Below, in pieces: positions 11,682 through 22,966 of a stretch of 32,000 nucleotides of DNA (positions are counted from its first letter, which is position 1; every line of letters starts with the position of its first letter). This DNA is from Delftia acidovorans NBRC 14950 (GTDB lineage: Bacteria > Pseudomonadota > Gammaproteobacteria > Burkholderiales > Burkholderiaceae_C), in contig NZ_BCZP01000037.1 of assembly GCF_001598795.1 (NCBI RefSeq), positions 10,133 through 42,132 on the forward strand. Reading direction: 5' to 3'. A program made the translations under genes and the position numbers. Below the pieces are notes generated by a model, which was not told where the DNA came from, did not search any database, and was given only the letters and a program-made list of their open reading frames with translations.

Positions 11682-12389
11682 TCAGGCCGACAGCAGCAAG
11701 GCTTGCGCGCCCTGCGCCGCAGCTGCCACGCGGGCAGCGGCCAGAGGCTCGGCCATGCGGGCAATGCTCACGACATGGGCCACCGGCGCGAAGGTTCGCC
11801 GGTGCTCTTCGCAGGCACCGTGCAGGCGCAGCGCCGCAAGGTGGGCCGCCGTGCCGTAGCCCTTGTGGCCGTCGAAGCCGTATTCCGGATATTGCTCATG
11901 CAGCCGTTTGCACCAGCGGTCGCGCGTGACCTTGGCCAGAATGGAGGCGGCCGAGATGGCCTGCACCAGGGAGTCCCCCTTGACGATGGCCTCGGCCTGC
12001 ACATCCAGCACGGGCAGCTGGTTGCCATCCACCAGCACGAGCACCGGCTTCAGGCGCAGACCCAGCACCGCGCGGCGCATGGCCAGCAGCGTGGCCTGCA
12101 GGATGTTCAGGCGATCAATCTCTTCGACCGAAGCCTCGGCAATGCTGCAGCACAGCGCCTTGGCACGGATCTCGTCATAGAGTGCCTCGCGGCGGGCAGC
12201 CGTGAGCTTCTTGGAATCGTTCAGGCCCTCGATGGGATTGAGATCGTCAAGAATGACAGCAGCGGCCACGACAGGGCCAGCCAACGGGCCGCGGCCCGCT
12301 TCGTCCACGCCCGCAACCAACCCCGGCGGATGCCAGGGCAGGCACGCCTGTTCAGGCGGCAGTGGGGGCAATGATTTTCTCGATCGCAT
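11682..12389 (-). CDS. rnhB: ribonuclease HII
   Basis: ORF 11682..12425 with [24 protein letters not shown] and the typical RNase HII core. The start is uncertain: ATG at 12425 or 12389, both inside the lpxB 3' end and neither with a clear SD. Confidence 0.9.
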   Translation of the reverse strand: MRSRKSLPPLPPEQACLPWHPPGLVAGVDEAGRGPLAGPVVAAAVILDDLNPIEGLNDSKKLTAARREALYDEIRAKALCCSIAEASVEEIDRLNILQATLLAMRRAVLGLRLKPVLVLVDGNQLPVLDVQAEAIVKGDSLVQAISAASILAKVTRDRWCKRLHEQYPEYGFDGHKGYGTAAHLAALRLHGACEEHRRTFAPVAHVVSIARMAEPLAAARVAAAAQGAQALLLSA

Positions 12390-13542
12390 GGGCGGCCAGT
12401 TCGGCAGTATCGCGCCGCAATTCATGGTGCAGCGCTGTGAAGCGCTGTACCAGCGCCTCGACGGTTGAAGGGGAATGTTCGCACGCCTGCAGCCATTGCA
12501 GCACAGCCGCGCTCAGCGCCTGGGGCGTTGCCGCATCCTGGATCAGCTCGGGCACGACGAAATCGCCGCACAGGATGTTGGGCAGGCCCACCCAGGGCTG
12601 CAACTGCTTGCCACGCATCAGGCGCCAGCTCCAGGGGTGCATGTTGTAGCCGATCACCATGGGACGCTTGTACAACGCGGCTTCCAGCGTCGCCGTGCCG
12701 CTGGCGATCAACGTCACGTCGCAGGCTGCCAATGCATCATGGGACTGGCCGCGCACGATGTGCAGCGACGAGGCCATGCCTGACTCCTGGGCAATGCGCC
12801 GCAACTCGTCCAGTTGCGAAGGCACGGCAGGCACTACTATTTTAATAGCTGGCAGCGCCTTCCGGACCAAAGCTGCAGCCTGAAAGAAACGGGCTGCAAG
12901 ATAGCGGATTTCGGAGCGTCGGCTGCCGGGCAGCACGGCCAGCACCAGACCATCTTCCGGCAGACCCAGCCGACGGCGCGCGGCGGCACGGTCGGGCTGC
13001 AGCGGAATCACGCTGGCCAGGGGATGGCCCACGTAGGTGGCGTCTATGCCGTGACGGGCCAGCAACTCGGGCTCGAAGGGAAAGATGCACAGCACATGGT
13101 CGGCCGCACGCCGGATTTTCTCGACGCGATCGGCACGCCAGGCCCAGATCGAGGGGCAGACGAAATGCACGGTCTTGATGCCCGCAGCCCGCAGATCGGT
13201 CTCCAGGCCCAAATTGAAGTCGGGCGCATCGATGCCGACAAAAACGGCTGGCGGCTGCTTGAGCAGGCGCTGGCGCAACTGCCGGCGGATGTTCAGAATC
13301 TCGGCCAGTCGGCGAAACACTTCCCAGCTGTAGCCATGCACGGCCAGCCGCTCGCAGGACCACCATGCCTCAAAACCGCGCTGCTGCATTTGGGGCCCGC
13401 CGATTCCAAAGGCCGAAGCCTCGGGCCAGCGGGCCTGCAGCCCACCCAGGAGCAAGGACGCCAGCAGGTCGCCCGAGGTTTCCCCGGCGACCATGGCAAT
13501 CGATGGACTCAGGCGCGCCAATGGCGCCGCGTTCTCTGTCAT
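12352..13542 (-). CDS. lpxB: lipid-A-disaccharide synthase
   Basis: 396-aa ORF with the N-terminal [13 protein letters not shown] motif. It sits between lpxA and rnhB in the conserved cluster. Confidence 0.95.
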   Translation of the reverse strand: MTENAAPLARLSPSIAMVAGETSGDLLASLLLGGLQARWPEASAFGIGGPQMQQRGFEAWWSCERLAVHGYSWEVFRRLAEILNIRRQLRQRLLKQPPAVFVGIDAPDFNLGLETDLRAAGIKTVHFVCPSIWAWRADRVEKIRRAADHVLCIFPFEPELLARHGIDATYVGHPLASVIPLQPDRAAARRRLGLPEDGLVLAVLPGSRRSEIRYLAARFFQAAALVRKALPAIKIVVPAVPSQLDELRRIAQESGMASSLHIVRGQSHDALAACDVTLIASGTATLEAALYKRPMVIGYNMHPWSWRLMRGKQLQPWVGLPNILCGDFVVPELIQDAATPQALSAAVLQWLQACEHSPSTVEALVQRFTALHHELRRDTAELAAHAIEKIIAPTAA

Positions 13543-13563
13543 GCCGTCCTTTCGCGCGCCGGA

Positions 13564-14361
13564 TCAGCGCGCAATGCCCCGGGTCGAAGCGGCCAGAAAA
13601 TCCAGCATCAGCGATACATCGGCAGCGGCCTCGGGCTGCTCGCCAGCCAGCGCTCCAATGGCGTCGCGCGCGGCCTCCAGGGTCAGCCCCTGGCGATACA
13701 GCAGACGGTGCATCTGCTTGATGGCCTGGATACGCTGCGGCCCGAATCCGCGCCGACGCAGGCCTTCGATATTGAAGCCACGCACGGCCAGGGGATTGCC
13801 ATCCACCATCATGAAGGGCGGCACATCCTGCGAGATATGGCTGGCAAAGCCCGCCATGGCATGGGCACCCACCTTGGTGAACTGGTGCACGCCCGTCAGG
13901 CCGCCCAGGATCACATGGTCGCCCACATGCACGTGGCCAGCCAGGGTGGCGTTGTTGGCCAGGATGGTGTGGCTGCCCACGACGCAGTCGTGGGCCACAT
14001 GCACATAGGCCATGATCCAGTTGTCATGGCCTATGACCGTGACACCCTGGTCCTGCACGGTGCCCGCATTGAAGGTGCAGAACTCGCGCACCGTGTTGCG
14101 GTCACCGATGACAAGCCGCGTGGGCTCGCCTGCGTACTTCTTGTCCTGGGGCTGCGCACCCAGGGACGCGAACTGGAAAATCCGGTTGTCGCAACCAATG
14201 CGGGTATGGCCTTCGACAACGCAATGCGCGCCAATCGTGGTGCCGGCGCCGATTTCCACATGCGGCCCGATGACGGCATAGGGGCCGACCGACACCGATG
14301 AATCCAGCTGTGCAGCGGAATCTATCAGTGCCGTGGGATGGATGCGTTCAATGCCAGCCAT
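13564..14361 (-). CDS. lpxA: acyl-ACP--UDP-N-acetylglucosamine O-acyltransferase
   Basis: 265-aa ORF with left-handed beta-helix hexapeptide repeats ([38 protein letters not shown]...). It follows fabZ. Confidence 0.95.
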   Translation of the reverse strand: MAGIERIHPTALIDSAAQLDSSVSVGPYAVIGPHVEIGAGTTIGAHCVVEGHTRIGCDNRIFQFASLGAQPQDKKYAGEPTRLVIGDRNTVREFCTFNAGTVQDQGVTVIGHDNWIMAYVHVAHDCVVGSHTILANNATLAGHVHVGDHVILGGLTGVHQFTKVGAHAMAGFASHISQDVPPFMMVDGNPLAVRGFNIEGLRRRGFGPQRIQAIKQMHRLLYRQGLTLEAARDAIGALAGEQPEAAADVSLMLDFLAASTRGIAR

Positions 14362-14368
14362 GCGCCCG

Positions 14369-14809
14369 TCAGCCCACGTTGCGCATGGTGCACATCAGCT
14401 CGGCTTCGCAGGCCACTTCGTCCTCGACGCGAGCCACGCCCTTGAACTTCCAGATGCCGCCGCGAACGCGATCGATGGTGATCTCCAGCACCAGCTGGTC
14501 GCCCGGCTCCACAGGGCGCTTGAAGCGCGCACCGTCGATGCCCACGAAGTAGTAGATGTTGTTTTCGTCGGGAACCTGGCCCATGGCATCGAAGGCCAGC
14601 AGGCCGGCAGCCTGCGCCAGCGCCTCCAGGATGAGCACGCCCGGCATGACGGGACGGCCTGGGAAATGGCCCATGAAATAGGGCTCGTTGAACGTGACGT
14701 TCTTGATCGCCTTGATGCGTGTATTGCGCTCAAGCTCCGTGACCTTGTCCACCAGCAGGAAGGGGTAGCGGTGGGGCAGTTGCTTGAGAATTGCGTGAAT
14801 ATCCATCAT
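14369..14809 (-). CDS. fabZ: 3-hydroxyacyl-ACP dehydratase FabZ
   Basis: 146-aa ORF with the hot-dog fold motif [22 protein letters not shown]. Its start overlaps the lpxD stop by 4 nt (ATGA). Confidence 0.96.
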   Translation of the reverse strand: MMDIHAILKQLPHRYPFLLVDKVTELERNTRIKAIKNVTFNEPYFMGHFPGRPVMPGVLILEALAQAAGLLAFDAMGQVPDENNIYYFVGIDGARFKRPVEPGDQLVLEITIDRVRGGIWKFKGVARVEDEVACEAELMCTMRNVG

Positions 14810-15813
14810 TGCGTTCCGTTATGGCCTTGATCCGCCGATTGCTGCAGTTGCCGCTCCAGGGCCTTGATGCGATCGCGCATGGAGTGCAGCTGCTTCAGCG
14901 TCGCAGCATTTTTTTCCCATTTGGCGTTTTCATCCACGGGAAACATGCCCGTGTAAACACCTGATTGTGTCAGCGAACGGGTCACTACCGTCGCTGCCGA
15001 AATATGCACCCTGTCGGCCAGCTGCAGATGGCCCAGCACGATGGCGCCGCCTCCCACGGTGCAATGCGCGCCAATGCGCGCGCTGCCGGCCACCCCCACG
15101 CAACCGGCCATGGCCGTATGCTTGCCGACGTGCACGTTGTGACCGATCTGGATCAGGTTGTCGAGCTTGACCCCGTCCTCGATCACCGTGTCGTCCAGCG
15201 CTCCGCGGTCTATGCAGGTATTGGCGCCGATTTCCACATCGTCGCCGATCCGCACGCCACCGAGCTGCTCGATCTTCACCCATGCTCCGTTCTCGGGCGC
15301 AAACCCGAAGCCGTCCGCTCCCAGCACCACGCCGGAATGCAGCAGACAGCGCGCCCCCACATGGCAGTTCTCGCCAATGGTGACGCGCGACTTGAGCACG
15401 GTGTGGGCACCGATGGTGGCACCCTCTTCAACCACGCAGAGCGGGCCGATCGTGGCAGAGGCATCAACGATGGCACTCTCGTGCACCACCGCGCTTGGAT
15501 GGATACCGGCCGGCGCCACAGACCTGCAGTTCCGCTTCCACCACTGCGTGGCCCTGGCGAAGTAGGCATACGGGTCAGGGACCACGATGCAGGCACCCCG
15601 CTGCTGCGCCAGCTCACGCATGGCGGGCGCCACAATAACGCAGGCCGCCTCGGAGGCGGCCAGTTGCTGGCGGTAGCGGGGGTTGCTCAGAAAACTGAGA
15701 TCCCCGGCCCCGGCGGAATCCAGCGGTGCGATGCGGGAGATGGGCATCTCCCTTTCGCCACCGACCAGTTCGCCACCGAGTGCATCGAGGATCTGACCCA
15801 ACAATACGCTCAC
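14806..15813 (-). CDS. lpxD: UDP-3-O-acylglucosamine N-acyltransferase
   Basis: 335-aa ORF with an N-terminal uridine-binding region, long hexapeptide repeats and a C-terminal helical tail. Cluster position skp-lpxD-fabZ. Confidence 0.95.
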   Translation of the reverse strand: MSVLLGQILDALGGELVGGEREMPISRIAPLDSAGAGDLSFLSNPRYRQQLAASEAACVIVAPAMRELAQQRGACIVVPDPYAYFARATQWWKRNCRSVAPAGIHPSAVVHESAIVDASATIGPLCVVEEGATIGAHTVLKSRVTIGENCHVGARCLLHSGVVLGADGFGFAPENGAWVKIEQLGGVRIGDDVEIGANTCIDRGALDDTVIEDGVKLDNLIQIGHNVHVGKHTAMAGCVGVAGSARIGAHCTVGGGAIVLGHLQLADRVHISAATVVTRSLTQSGVYTGMFPVDENAKWEKNAATLKQLHSMRDRIKALERQLQQSADQGHNGTQ

Positions 15814-15836
15814 GGCATGCAGCCCTGGACGCTGGC

Positions 15837-16346
15837 TTACTTGCCGCCGCCGTTCAGTGCCTTTATCACTTTGTCAGTGATGTCGTACTTGGGGTTGATG
15901 TAGACGGCTTCCTGGAGGATGACGTCGTACTTCTCGGATTCGGCCACTTGCTTGACCACCTTGTTGGCGCGCTCCAGCACTTGGGCCAGTTCCTCGTTCT
16001 TGCGGGAGTTCAGGTCTTCCTGGAACTCACGGCGCTTGCGCTGGAACTCGCGGTCCTGGTCCACCAGCTGACGCTGACGGGAGACGCGCTGGCTTTCGGC
16101 CATGGTGGGCGCTTCACGCTCGAACTTCTCCGAAGCGCTCTTGAGCGTATTGCCCTGGTCGACCAGTTCCTTCTCACGCTTGGAGAATTCCTGCTCCAGC
16201 TTGGACTGCGCAGCCTTGGCCGTCGACGCTTCACGGAAGATGCGGTCCGTGTTCACAAAGCCGGCCTTGAACTCTTGAGCGTGCGCAGAAACAGCCATGG
16301 CGCCAAGCAGCACAGCCAGGGAAAAATGGCTAGATAGAGATTTCAT
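15837..16346 (-). CDS. skp: periplasmic chaperone Skp/OmpH
   Basis: 169 aa with a signal peptide ending AVSAHA/QE and an E/K/Q-rich coiled-coil body. The start overlaps the bamA stop by 1 nt (TAATG). Confidence 0.9.
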   Translation of the reverse strand: MKSLSSHFSLAVLLGAMAVSAHAQEFKAGFVNTDRIFREASTAKAAQSKLEQEFSKREKELVDQGNTLKSASEKFEREAPTMAESQRVSRQRQLVDQDREFQRKRREFQEDLNSRKNEELAQVLERANKVVKQVAESEKYDVILQEAVYINPKYDITDKVIKALNGGGK

Positions 16347-18643
16347 TAGAAAGAGGTTCCGATTTGGAATTGCAGTCGCTGGATTTTATCCCCGGTCTGC
16401 TTGCGGATGGGTTGAGCAAAGGCGAGACGCAGGGGGCCCAGCGGGGAAATCCAGCTGATGCCAAGGCCCGTGGAAGCACGCAGCTCCCCGAGATCGAAGT
16501 TCTCGTTGGCCCCGTAGACATTGCCCACATCGAGGAATGTAAAAAGACGCAAAGTCCTGTCATTGCCGGCACCGGGGAAGGGAATCATGAACTCTGCGTT
16601 CAAGGTCACCTTCTTGGAGCCGCCAAGCGCCAGGTTTTCCTTGGTGTCGCGCGGACCCAGCGAGCCCTGCTCGAAGCCACGCACCGAGCCCAGGCCACCC
16701 GAGAAGAAGTTCTTGAACAGCGGGAACGGACGGCCATTGAGGCCTTTGCCGTAGCCCAGTTCACCGTTCAGTGCCAGCGTGTACTTCTTGCTCAGAGGGA
16801 TGTACTGCTGGATCTGGTAGTTGGCTCGCACATAGCGGGCCTCGCCACCCACCGACCACTCGGTGTTCAGGCGCTGGTAGAGACCGGAGTTGGGCGCCAG
16901 CGCGCTGTCACGGCTGTCGCGTGACCAGCCCAGGGTCAGCGGTATGCCCGTGTTGGAGTAGCCGTACTTGTCGGCATAGTCCTTGTACGCCTGGGGCAGG
17001 TAGGTGCCGGGCTTGATTTCGGAGCGCTCCACGCCGCCGCCGAAATACACCGTGTCGATCTCGCTGAAGGGCACGCCAAAGCGCACGCTGCCGCCCGAGG
17101 TGACGATCTTGTAGGCCGCATCGTCGTAGTAGGGACGGTCAGTGCGGTAGTACAGGTCGTAGGTGCGCGAGATGCCGGTGTCCGTGAAGTACGGATCCGT
17201 GGTGGACAGCACCATGGTGCGACGGTACTTGCTGGTGTTCACGTCCACGCCCAGGTAGTTGCCCGAGCCGAACACGTTTTCCTGCTTGATGCCGAACGAC
17301 AGCGAAACCTTTTCAGCGCTGGAAAAACCAGCGCCCAGCTGCAGCGAGCCGGTGGGCTTTTCAGCCACCGAGATGACCAGATCCACCTGGTCGGGCGAAC
17401 CCGCCACTTCCTGGGTCTCGACATTGACCTCGGTGAAGAAGCCCAGACGGTCCACACGGTCGCGCGACAGGCGAATCTTGTCGCCGTCATACCAGGAGGC
17501 CTCGTATTGGCGGAATTCGCGGCGGATCACTTCGTCGCGCGTGCGGTTGTTGCCACTGAGATTGATGCGTCGCACATAAGCGCGGCGAGAAGGCTCGGCG
17601 TGCAGCACCAGGGCCACCCGGTTGGTCGCACGGTCGATGTCCGGCACGGCCTCGACGCGTGCAAAGGCAAAGCCGAAGTTGCCGAAGTGCTCGGTGAAGG
17701 CCTTGGTCGTCGCCGTGACCTGGTCGGCGTTGTAGGGCTCGCCGGGCTTGATCTTGACCAGGGACTTGAACTCGTCGTCGCGGTCGAGGTAGTTGCCCTC
17801 CAGCTTGACGCCGGAGACGACGAAACGCTCGCCTTCATGGATGTTCAGGGTCAGCGAGATGGTCTGCTTGTCGGGCGAGATGGCCACCTGGGTGGAGTCC
17901 ACGCGGAACTCCAGGTAGCCACGCTGCAGGTAGTACGAGCGCAGCGTTTCCAAGTCGGCGTTGAGCTTGTTGCGCGCATAGCGGTCCGACTTGGTGTACC
18001 AGCTCATCCAGTTGCCGGTGTCCTGGTCGAACAGGTCCTTGAGCGTGGATTCGCTGAAGGCCTTGTTGCCGACGATGTGGATCTCGTTGATGCGGGCCGG
18101 ATCGCCCTCGGTCACCGTGAAGGTCAGGTTGACGCGGTTGCGCTCGATGGGCGTGACCGTGGTGACGACTTCCGCGCCATAAAGGCTACGGTTGATGTAC
18201 TGGCGCTTGAGCTCCTGCTCGGCACGGTCGGCCAGGGCCTTGTCGAAGGGACGACCTTCTGCCAGGCCCACATCGCGCATGGCCTTTTGCAGGGTTTCCT
18301 TGTCGAACTCCTTGGTGCCGGCGAAGTTCACCTCGGCGATGGTCGGGCGTTCTTCGACGACGACAACGAGCACGTTGCCATTGGCTTCGAGGCGGATGTC
18401 CTTGAACAGCCCCAGCGCGAACAGCGAGCGGATCGCAGCTGCGCCCTTGTCATCGTCATACTGGTCGCCCACGCGCAGCGGGATGGATGCGAAGACCGTG
18501 CCCGGCTCCACGCGCTGCAGGCCTTCGATGCGGATGTCCTGTACCCGGAAGGGCTCCAGCGCCCAGGCTGCATTGGCAGCCAAAACCATGGCAGCCAGGG
18601 TCGATGCAGCGCGCACGCCCAGGCGATTGATACGTTTAGTCAT
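16346..18643 (-). CDS. bamA: outer membrane protein assembly factor BamA
   Basis: 765 aa with a signal peptide (ANAAWA/LEP), POTRA repeats, a C-terminal beta-barrel and the terminal beta-signal ...LQFQIGTSF. Confidence 0.96.
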   Translation of the reverse strand: MTKRINRLGVRAASTLAAMVLAANAAWALEPFRVQDIRIEGLQRVEPGTVFASIPLRVGDQYDDDKGAAAIRSLFALGLFKDIRLEANGNVLVVVVEERPTIAEVNFAGTKEFDKETLQKAMRDVGLAEGRPFDKALADRAEQELKRQYINRSLYGAEVVTTVTPIERNRVNLTFTVTEGDPARINEIHIVGNKAFSESTLKDLFDQDTGNWMSWYTKSDRYARNKLNADLETLRSYYLQRGYLEFRVDSTQVAISPDKQTISLTLNIHEGERFVVSGVKLEGNYLDRDDEFKSLVKIKPGEPYNADQVTATTKAFTEHFGNFGFAFARVEAVPDIDRATNRVALVLHAEPSRRAYVRRINLSGNNRTRDEVIRREFRQYEASWYDGDKIRLSRDRVDRLGFFTEVNVETQEVAGSPDQVDLVISVAEKPTGSLQLGAGFSSAEKVSLSFGIKQENVFGSGNYLGVDVNTSKYRRTMVLSTTDPYFTDTGISRTYDLYYRTDRPYYDDAAYKIVTSGGSVRFGVPFSEIDTVYFGGGVERSEIKPGTYLPQAYKDYADKYGYSNTGIPLTLGWSRDSRDSALAPNSGLYQRLNTEWSVGGEARYVRANYQIQQYIPLSKKYTLALNGELGYGKGLNGRPFPLFKNFFSGGLGSVRGFEQGSLGPRDTKENLALGGSKKVTLNAEFMIPFPGAGNDRTLRLFTFLDVGNVYGANENFDLGELRASTGLGISWISPLGPLRLAFAQPIRKQTGDKIQRLQFQIGTSF

Positions 18644-18688
18644 GAATGGATTTGCCGCCGCTGCGGCTTGCCGAAAACGGCTGAAAAG

Positions 18689-20059
18689 TTAGCCCCAAAG
18701 CCGGTTGATATCGTTGAAAAAGGCGACGGACATCATCATCATCAAAACCGCCACGCCTGCACGCTGCAAGCGCCCGGCCCAGACTTCCGACACGCTTCGG
18801 CCAGTCACGCCCTCCCAAAGATAATACATCAGGTGCCCGCCATCGAGCACCGGCAGGGGGAGCAAGTTGAGAACCCCCAGGCTGATGCTTATCAGCGCCA
18901 GGAACGAGAGATATTGAACCAGACCCATGCTGGCCGAGCGCCCCGCATAGTCGGCAATGGTCAAGGGGCCGCTGATGTTCTTGAGCGATGCCTCGCCTAT
19001 CACCATGCGGCCCATCATGCGCAGCGTCAGCGACGACAGCTCCCAGGTGCGCTGCACGCCAGCCCACAGGCCTTCCAGCGGACCGCGCTGCACCAGAGCC
19101 ATCTCGGGAGCACTGCCGATGTAGGCACTGATGCGGGCAATGCTCTCCTTGCCATCTTCCGAGCGGCCCAGATCGGGCAGCACGGGGATCTGCAGTTGCC
19201 TGCCATCGCGCTCCACCAGCCAGACCTGCTGCTGGACCTGGCCCGATGCACCCATCTTGCGGATGAGATTGCGCAGTTGGGTGCCATCATCCACCGGGGT
19301 GCTGCCCACGCGCAGCACCAGGTCGCCCTGGCGCAAGCCGGCCTTTTCGGCGGCACCACCGGCAATGACCTTGTCCAGCACAGGCTGTGTCCAGGGTCCC
19401 AGCAGGCCCAGGCGCTCGAAGAAGGCGGCATCGGGCTCGCCCTGCACCTGCCCGGCCAGCGCCAGCCGCAGTTCGGACGGAGCGGTGCGCCGGCCCTGGA
19501 GCACCTCCATGCGCACCGACTCATCATCGAGCGCGGCGCGCGTCAGTGTCCAGCGCAGATCATTGATGGAGCGGACCTCTTCCCACTCCTGGTCGCCCAA
19601 GGCGATGCGCAGCACGCGATCGCCGCCCTGCACGCCCGCCATCTGCAGCACCGTGCCCGCCGGCGGCGTGGCCAATCGCGCCACGGGTTCCTGCATGCCC
19701 ATCCAATTGACGATGGCCAGCAGCGCAATGGCCAGCACGAGATTGGCCACCGGGCCTGCCGCCACGATGGCCGCACGTGCACGCAGCGGCTGGGTGTTGA
19801 ATGCCAGATGGCGCTGATCGGCAGGGACTTCGCCCTCACGCTCGTCGAGCATGCGCACATAGCCGCCAAGCGGCAGTGCACCGATGACGAATTCCGTGTC
19901 CGAACCTTTGCGCTTCCAGCGCAGGATGGGGCGACCGAAGCCGACGGAAAACCGAAGCACCTTCACGCCGCAGGCCACAGCGACGCGGTAGTGGCCCCAC
20001 TCGTGGACGGCAATCAGCACGCCCAGCGCGACCACGAATGCAACTACGGTCAGCAACAA
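18689..20059 (-). CDS. rseP: RIP zinc metalloprotease RseP
   Basis: ORF 18689..20095 with HEWGHY (HExxH) in the first TM segment, PDZ region(s) and a C-terminal TM segment. The TTG at 20059 is preceded by a perfect AAGGAG (aaggagtatcaaTTG), so I use it rather than the longest-ORF start. Confidence 0.93.
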   Translation of the reverse strand: MLLTVVAFVVALGVLIAVHEWGHYRVAVACGVKVLRFSVGFGRPILRWKRKGSDTEFVIGALPLGGYVRMLDEREGEVPADQRHLAFNTQPLRARAAIVAAGPVANLVLAIALLAIVNWMGMQEPVARLATPPAGTVLQMAGVQGGDRVLRIALGDQEWEEVRSINDLRWTLTRAALDDESVRMEVLQGRRTAPSELRLALAGQVQGEPDAAFFERLGLLGPWTQPVLDKVIAGGAAEKAGLRQGDLVLRVGSTPVDDGTQLRNLIRKMGASGQVQQQVWLVERDGRQLQIPVLPDLGRSEDGKESIARISAYIGSAPEMALVQRGPLEGLWAGVQRTWELSSLTLRMMGRMVIGEASLKNISGPLTIADYAGRSASMGLVQYLSFLALISISLGVLNLLPLPVLDGGHLMYYLWEGVTGRSVSEVWAGRLQRAGVAVLMMMMSVAFFNDINRLWG

Positions 20060-20141
20060 TTGATACTCCTTTGAATCCAATGCGCACCTGGACACCGCCG
20101 CAGGCCCACCGAGAAACCCGTTCTGGCCCGCGAAGCCGGCA

Positions 20142-21320
20142 TTACAGCTGCCACTGCCGCGCCACGGTGTGCGCGATTTCGCGGGCCTGGGCGTCCAGGG
20201 CCAGCAGGTCGTCCAGGCTGCCCAGTGTAGGCGGCAGCAAGGTTTCGAGAGTGCGCAAATTCACAGCGTGGATACGGTCAAATGCCAGGCGTCGCTCCAG
20301 GAAGGCGGCAACGGCGACTTCGTTGGAAGCATTGAGAACCGCCGTAGTTCCCTCGCTGGCGAGCAGCGCCTGCCAGGAAAGATGCAGGCCCGGAAAGCGC
20401 ACGGCATCCGCCTCTTCAAAGGTCAGGGCCGACAGGTTCGCGAAATCCAGGGGCGCCGCGCCACTGGCGATGCGCCGTGGCCAGGCCAGGCCGCAGGCGA
20501 TGGGCACGCGCATGTCGGGCGTGCCCAGTTGTGCCAGCACCGAGGCATCCTTGAACTGCACCATGGAGTGCACGATCTGCTGCGGGTGGATGACGACCTT
20601 GATCTTGTCGGGAGCCATGTCGAACAGCCAGCGTGCCTCGATGACCTCCAGCGCCTTGTTCATCATGGTCGCCGAGTCCACGGAGATCTTGCGCCCCATG
20701 GAGAAGTTCGGGTGCGCGCAGGCCTGCTCCGGCGTGATCTCGGACAAGGTGGCCGGATCGCGCAGGCGAAAGGGTCCGCCCGACGCCGTGAGCAGCAGAC
20801 TGTCCACGCGATCGGGCCAGCTGGCTCGGTCTTCCGGCAGGCACTGGAAAATGGCCGAATGCTCGCTGTCTATGGGCAGCAGGGTCGCGCCGTGGCGCTT
20901 GACCGTGTCCATGAACAGTGCGCCGCCAACGACCAGAGCCTCCTTGTTGGCCAGCAGCAGGCGCTTGCCCGCGCGCGCGGCCGCCAGGCAAGGCGCAAGG
21001 CCCGCCGCACCGACGATGGCCGCCATGACGGCATCGACCTCGGGATGCGAGGCGATCTGCTCCAGCGCGTCTGGCGACTGCAGCACTTCGGTCGCCAATC
21101 CATTGCTGCGCAGCTGCTCAGCCAGCAGCTTCGCGTGTGGCTCGCTGGCCATGACGGCATAGGCGGGCTTGAATTCGGCGCACTGGCGCAGCATCAGGTC
21201 CACTTGCGTGGCCGCGCTGAGTGCAAAGACCTCGTAGTGCTCGCGGTGGCGCGCCACCACGTCCAGCGTATTGGTACCGATGGAGCCTGTGGAGCCCAGG
21301 ACGGTGATTTTCTGCTTCAT
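20142..21320 (-). CDS. dxr: 1-deoxy-D-xylulose 5-phosphate reductoisomerase
   Basis: 392 aa with the N-terminal NADPH motif ITVLGSTGSIGTNTLDV and the central segment LLPIDSEHSAIFQCL. Confidence 0.96.
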   Translation of the reverse strand: MKQKITVLGSTGSIGTNTLDVVARHREHYEVFALSAATQVDLMLRQCAEFKPAYAVMASEPHAKLLAEQLRSNGLATEVLQSPDALEQIASHPEVDAVMAAIVGAAGLAPCLAAARAGKRLLLANKEALVVGGALFMDTVKRHGATLLPIDSEHSAIFQCLPEDRASWPDRVDSLLLTASGGPFRLRDPATLSEITPEQACAHPNFSMGRKISVDSATMMNKALEVIEARWLFDMAPDKIKVVIHPQQIVHSMVQFKDASVLAQLGTPDMRVPIACGLAWPRRIASGAAPLDFANLSALTFEEADAVRFPGLHLSWQALLASEGTTAVLNASNEVAVAAFLERRLAFDRIHAVNLRTLETLLPPTLGSLDDLLALDAQAREIAHTVARQWQL

Positions 21321-22171
21321 GAATGCGCGAAAGAGGAAAGCATCATGGCCAGCGGCAGGGTCGGCAACAGGGCATCGACGCGATCAAGCACGCCGCCATG
21401 GCCGGGCAGCAGACCACTGCTGTCCTTGACGCCCACGCTGCGCTTGACCAGGGATTCGACCAGGTCGCCGACCACGCTCATCGCGGCCATGAACACAACC
21501 GCCAGCAGCAGGAACCAGGCCCCGCGCGCCAACAGCAACGAATAGAAACTGGGCACGGCCACCGCGTAGTGGCGGTCCGCCCAGACCCAGGCCAAGGCCA
21601 GCACCAGCACGCCGGCCATGCCGCCCCACACGCCTTCCCAGCTCTTGCCAGGACTGATGGATGGCGCGAGCTTGGACTTGGTGAATTTCAGGCCCAGGGT
21701 CCGGCCTGCGAAATATGCAAAGACATCGGCTACCCAGACCAGCACCAGCACCGACAGCAGGAAGTTGATGCCCATCATGCGCGCCTGCACCACGGCCACC
21801 CAGGCCAGCCACAGGGCCAGTACTCCGCCGACCAGACGCACAGGCCCCGCAATGCGCGGCCAGCCGGCCACGCCTGCGCGCAGAAGTGCCGCGCCGCCCA
21901 GCACCCAGGCGGAGCCAGCAACCACCCAGACCGCAGTCAGAGGACGCTCCAGCCAGCCCGCGGCCCAGGTCCCCACGCACATCGCCGTGCAGATGGCACC
22001 TATGCCGATGGAACCAGCGGAGCCAAAGCCGTTGAGACGGCCCCATTCCCAGGCACCCGCAGCCATGAGCACGAGCACCACCACGGCGAACGGAACGCCC
22101 GTCGGATAGAACAGCGCAGGCAGCAAGATGGCCAGCAGGATCAGGGCGGTGATGACTCGCTGCTTGAGCAT
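21317..22171 (-). CDS. cdsA: phosphatidate cytidylyltransferase
   Basis: ORF 21317..22327. The ATG at 22171 is preceded by GGGGGAG and gives a polytopic membrane protein. The CTP-transferase signature SLVKRSVGVKDSSGLLPGHGGVLDRVD is present. The stop overlaps the dxr start by 4 nt. Confidence 0.93.
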   Translation of the reverse strand: MLKQRVITALILLAILLPALFYPTGVPFAVVVLVLMAAGAWEWGRLNGFGSAGSIGIGAICTAMCVGTWAAGWLERPLTAVWVVAGSAWVLGGAALLRAGVAGWPRIAGPVRLVGGVLALWLAWVAVVQARMMGINFLLSVLVLVWVADVFAYFAGRTLGLKFTKSKLAPSISPGKSWEGVWGGMAGVLVLALAWVWADRHYAVAVPSFYSLLLARGAWFLLLAVVFMAAMSVVGDLVESLVKRSVGVKDSSGLLPGHGGVLDRVDALLPTLPLAMMLSSFAHS

Positions 22172-22184
22172 GGCTCCCCCTTGT

Positions 22185-22931
22185 TCAGGTCGTCTGTTGA
22201 TGGGACGACTTCGATTGTGATTGGTGTACTTGCGCGGAGGTCTGGCCGAAGCGCCGCTCGCGCGAAGTGAAGGCGGCAATGGCCTCGTCCAGGCAGGCCT
22301 CGTCGAAATCAGGCCACAGGCTGGCACTGAAGAAGAGCTCTGAATACGCGGCCTGCCACAACAGGAAGTTGCTGATGCGCATCTCCCCGCCAGTGCGGAT
22401 CAGCAGGTCCGGGTCGGGCACATGGGCCAGCGCGAGTGCGCGGTCCAGGCTCTGCGGGGTGATGGGCTCGCCCTGCTCTGCCAGCCGGGCTGCGGCCTGG
22501 GCAATGTCCCAGCGCCCGCCGTAGTTGAAGCAGACATTGAGCACCAGGCGGTTGTTGTGTGCCGTGACCTGCTCGGCCTGGGCCAGGCCTGCGCACACTT
22601 TCTCGCTCAGGCCACTGCGGTCGCCGATGAAGTGCAGGCGCACGCCATCGCGGCTCAGTTGCTGCACTTCCTTGGCAAGGGCATTGGCCAGCAGGCCCAT
22701 GAGACCGGAAACCTCCTCTTCGGGGCGGTTCCAGTTCTCGGAAGAGAAAGCGAAGACGGTCAGGACCTGCACGCCGCGCTGGACGCAGGCGCGGGCACAG
22801 CGGCGCAGCGATTCCACGCCCTGCTTGTGGCCGGCCAGTCGCGGCAGAAAGCGGCGATTGGCCCAGCGTCCATTGCCATCCATGATGACGGCAATATGGC
22901 GCGGCACCGCGCCGGAGTCTTGGTTTGTCAA
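22185..22931 (-). CDS. uppS: di-trans,poly-cis-undecaprenyl-diphosphate synthase
   Basis: ORF 22185..23060 with HIAVIMDGNGRWA and FSSENWNRP. The longest-ORF ATG lies 94 nt inside frr. The only plausible start downstream of the frr stop is the TTG at 22931, which has no clear SD, so the start has moderate confidence. Confidence 0.88.
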   Translation of the reverse strand: MTNQDSGAVPRHIAVIMDGNGRWANRRFLPRLAGHKQGVESLRRCARACVQRGVQVLTVFAFSSENWNRPEEEVSGLMGLLANALAKEVQQLSRDGVRLHFIGDRSGLSEKVCAGLAQAEQVTAHNNRLVLNVCFNYGGRWDIAQAAARLAEQGEPITPQSLDRALALAHVPDPDLLIRTGGEMRISNFLLWQAAYSELFFSASLWPDFDEACLDEAIAAFTSRERRFGQTSAQVHQSQSKSSHQQTT

Positions 22932-22966
22932 AGGTACGGGCCCTGAGGCAAGCGAGGCAGAACGCC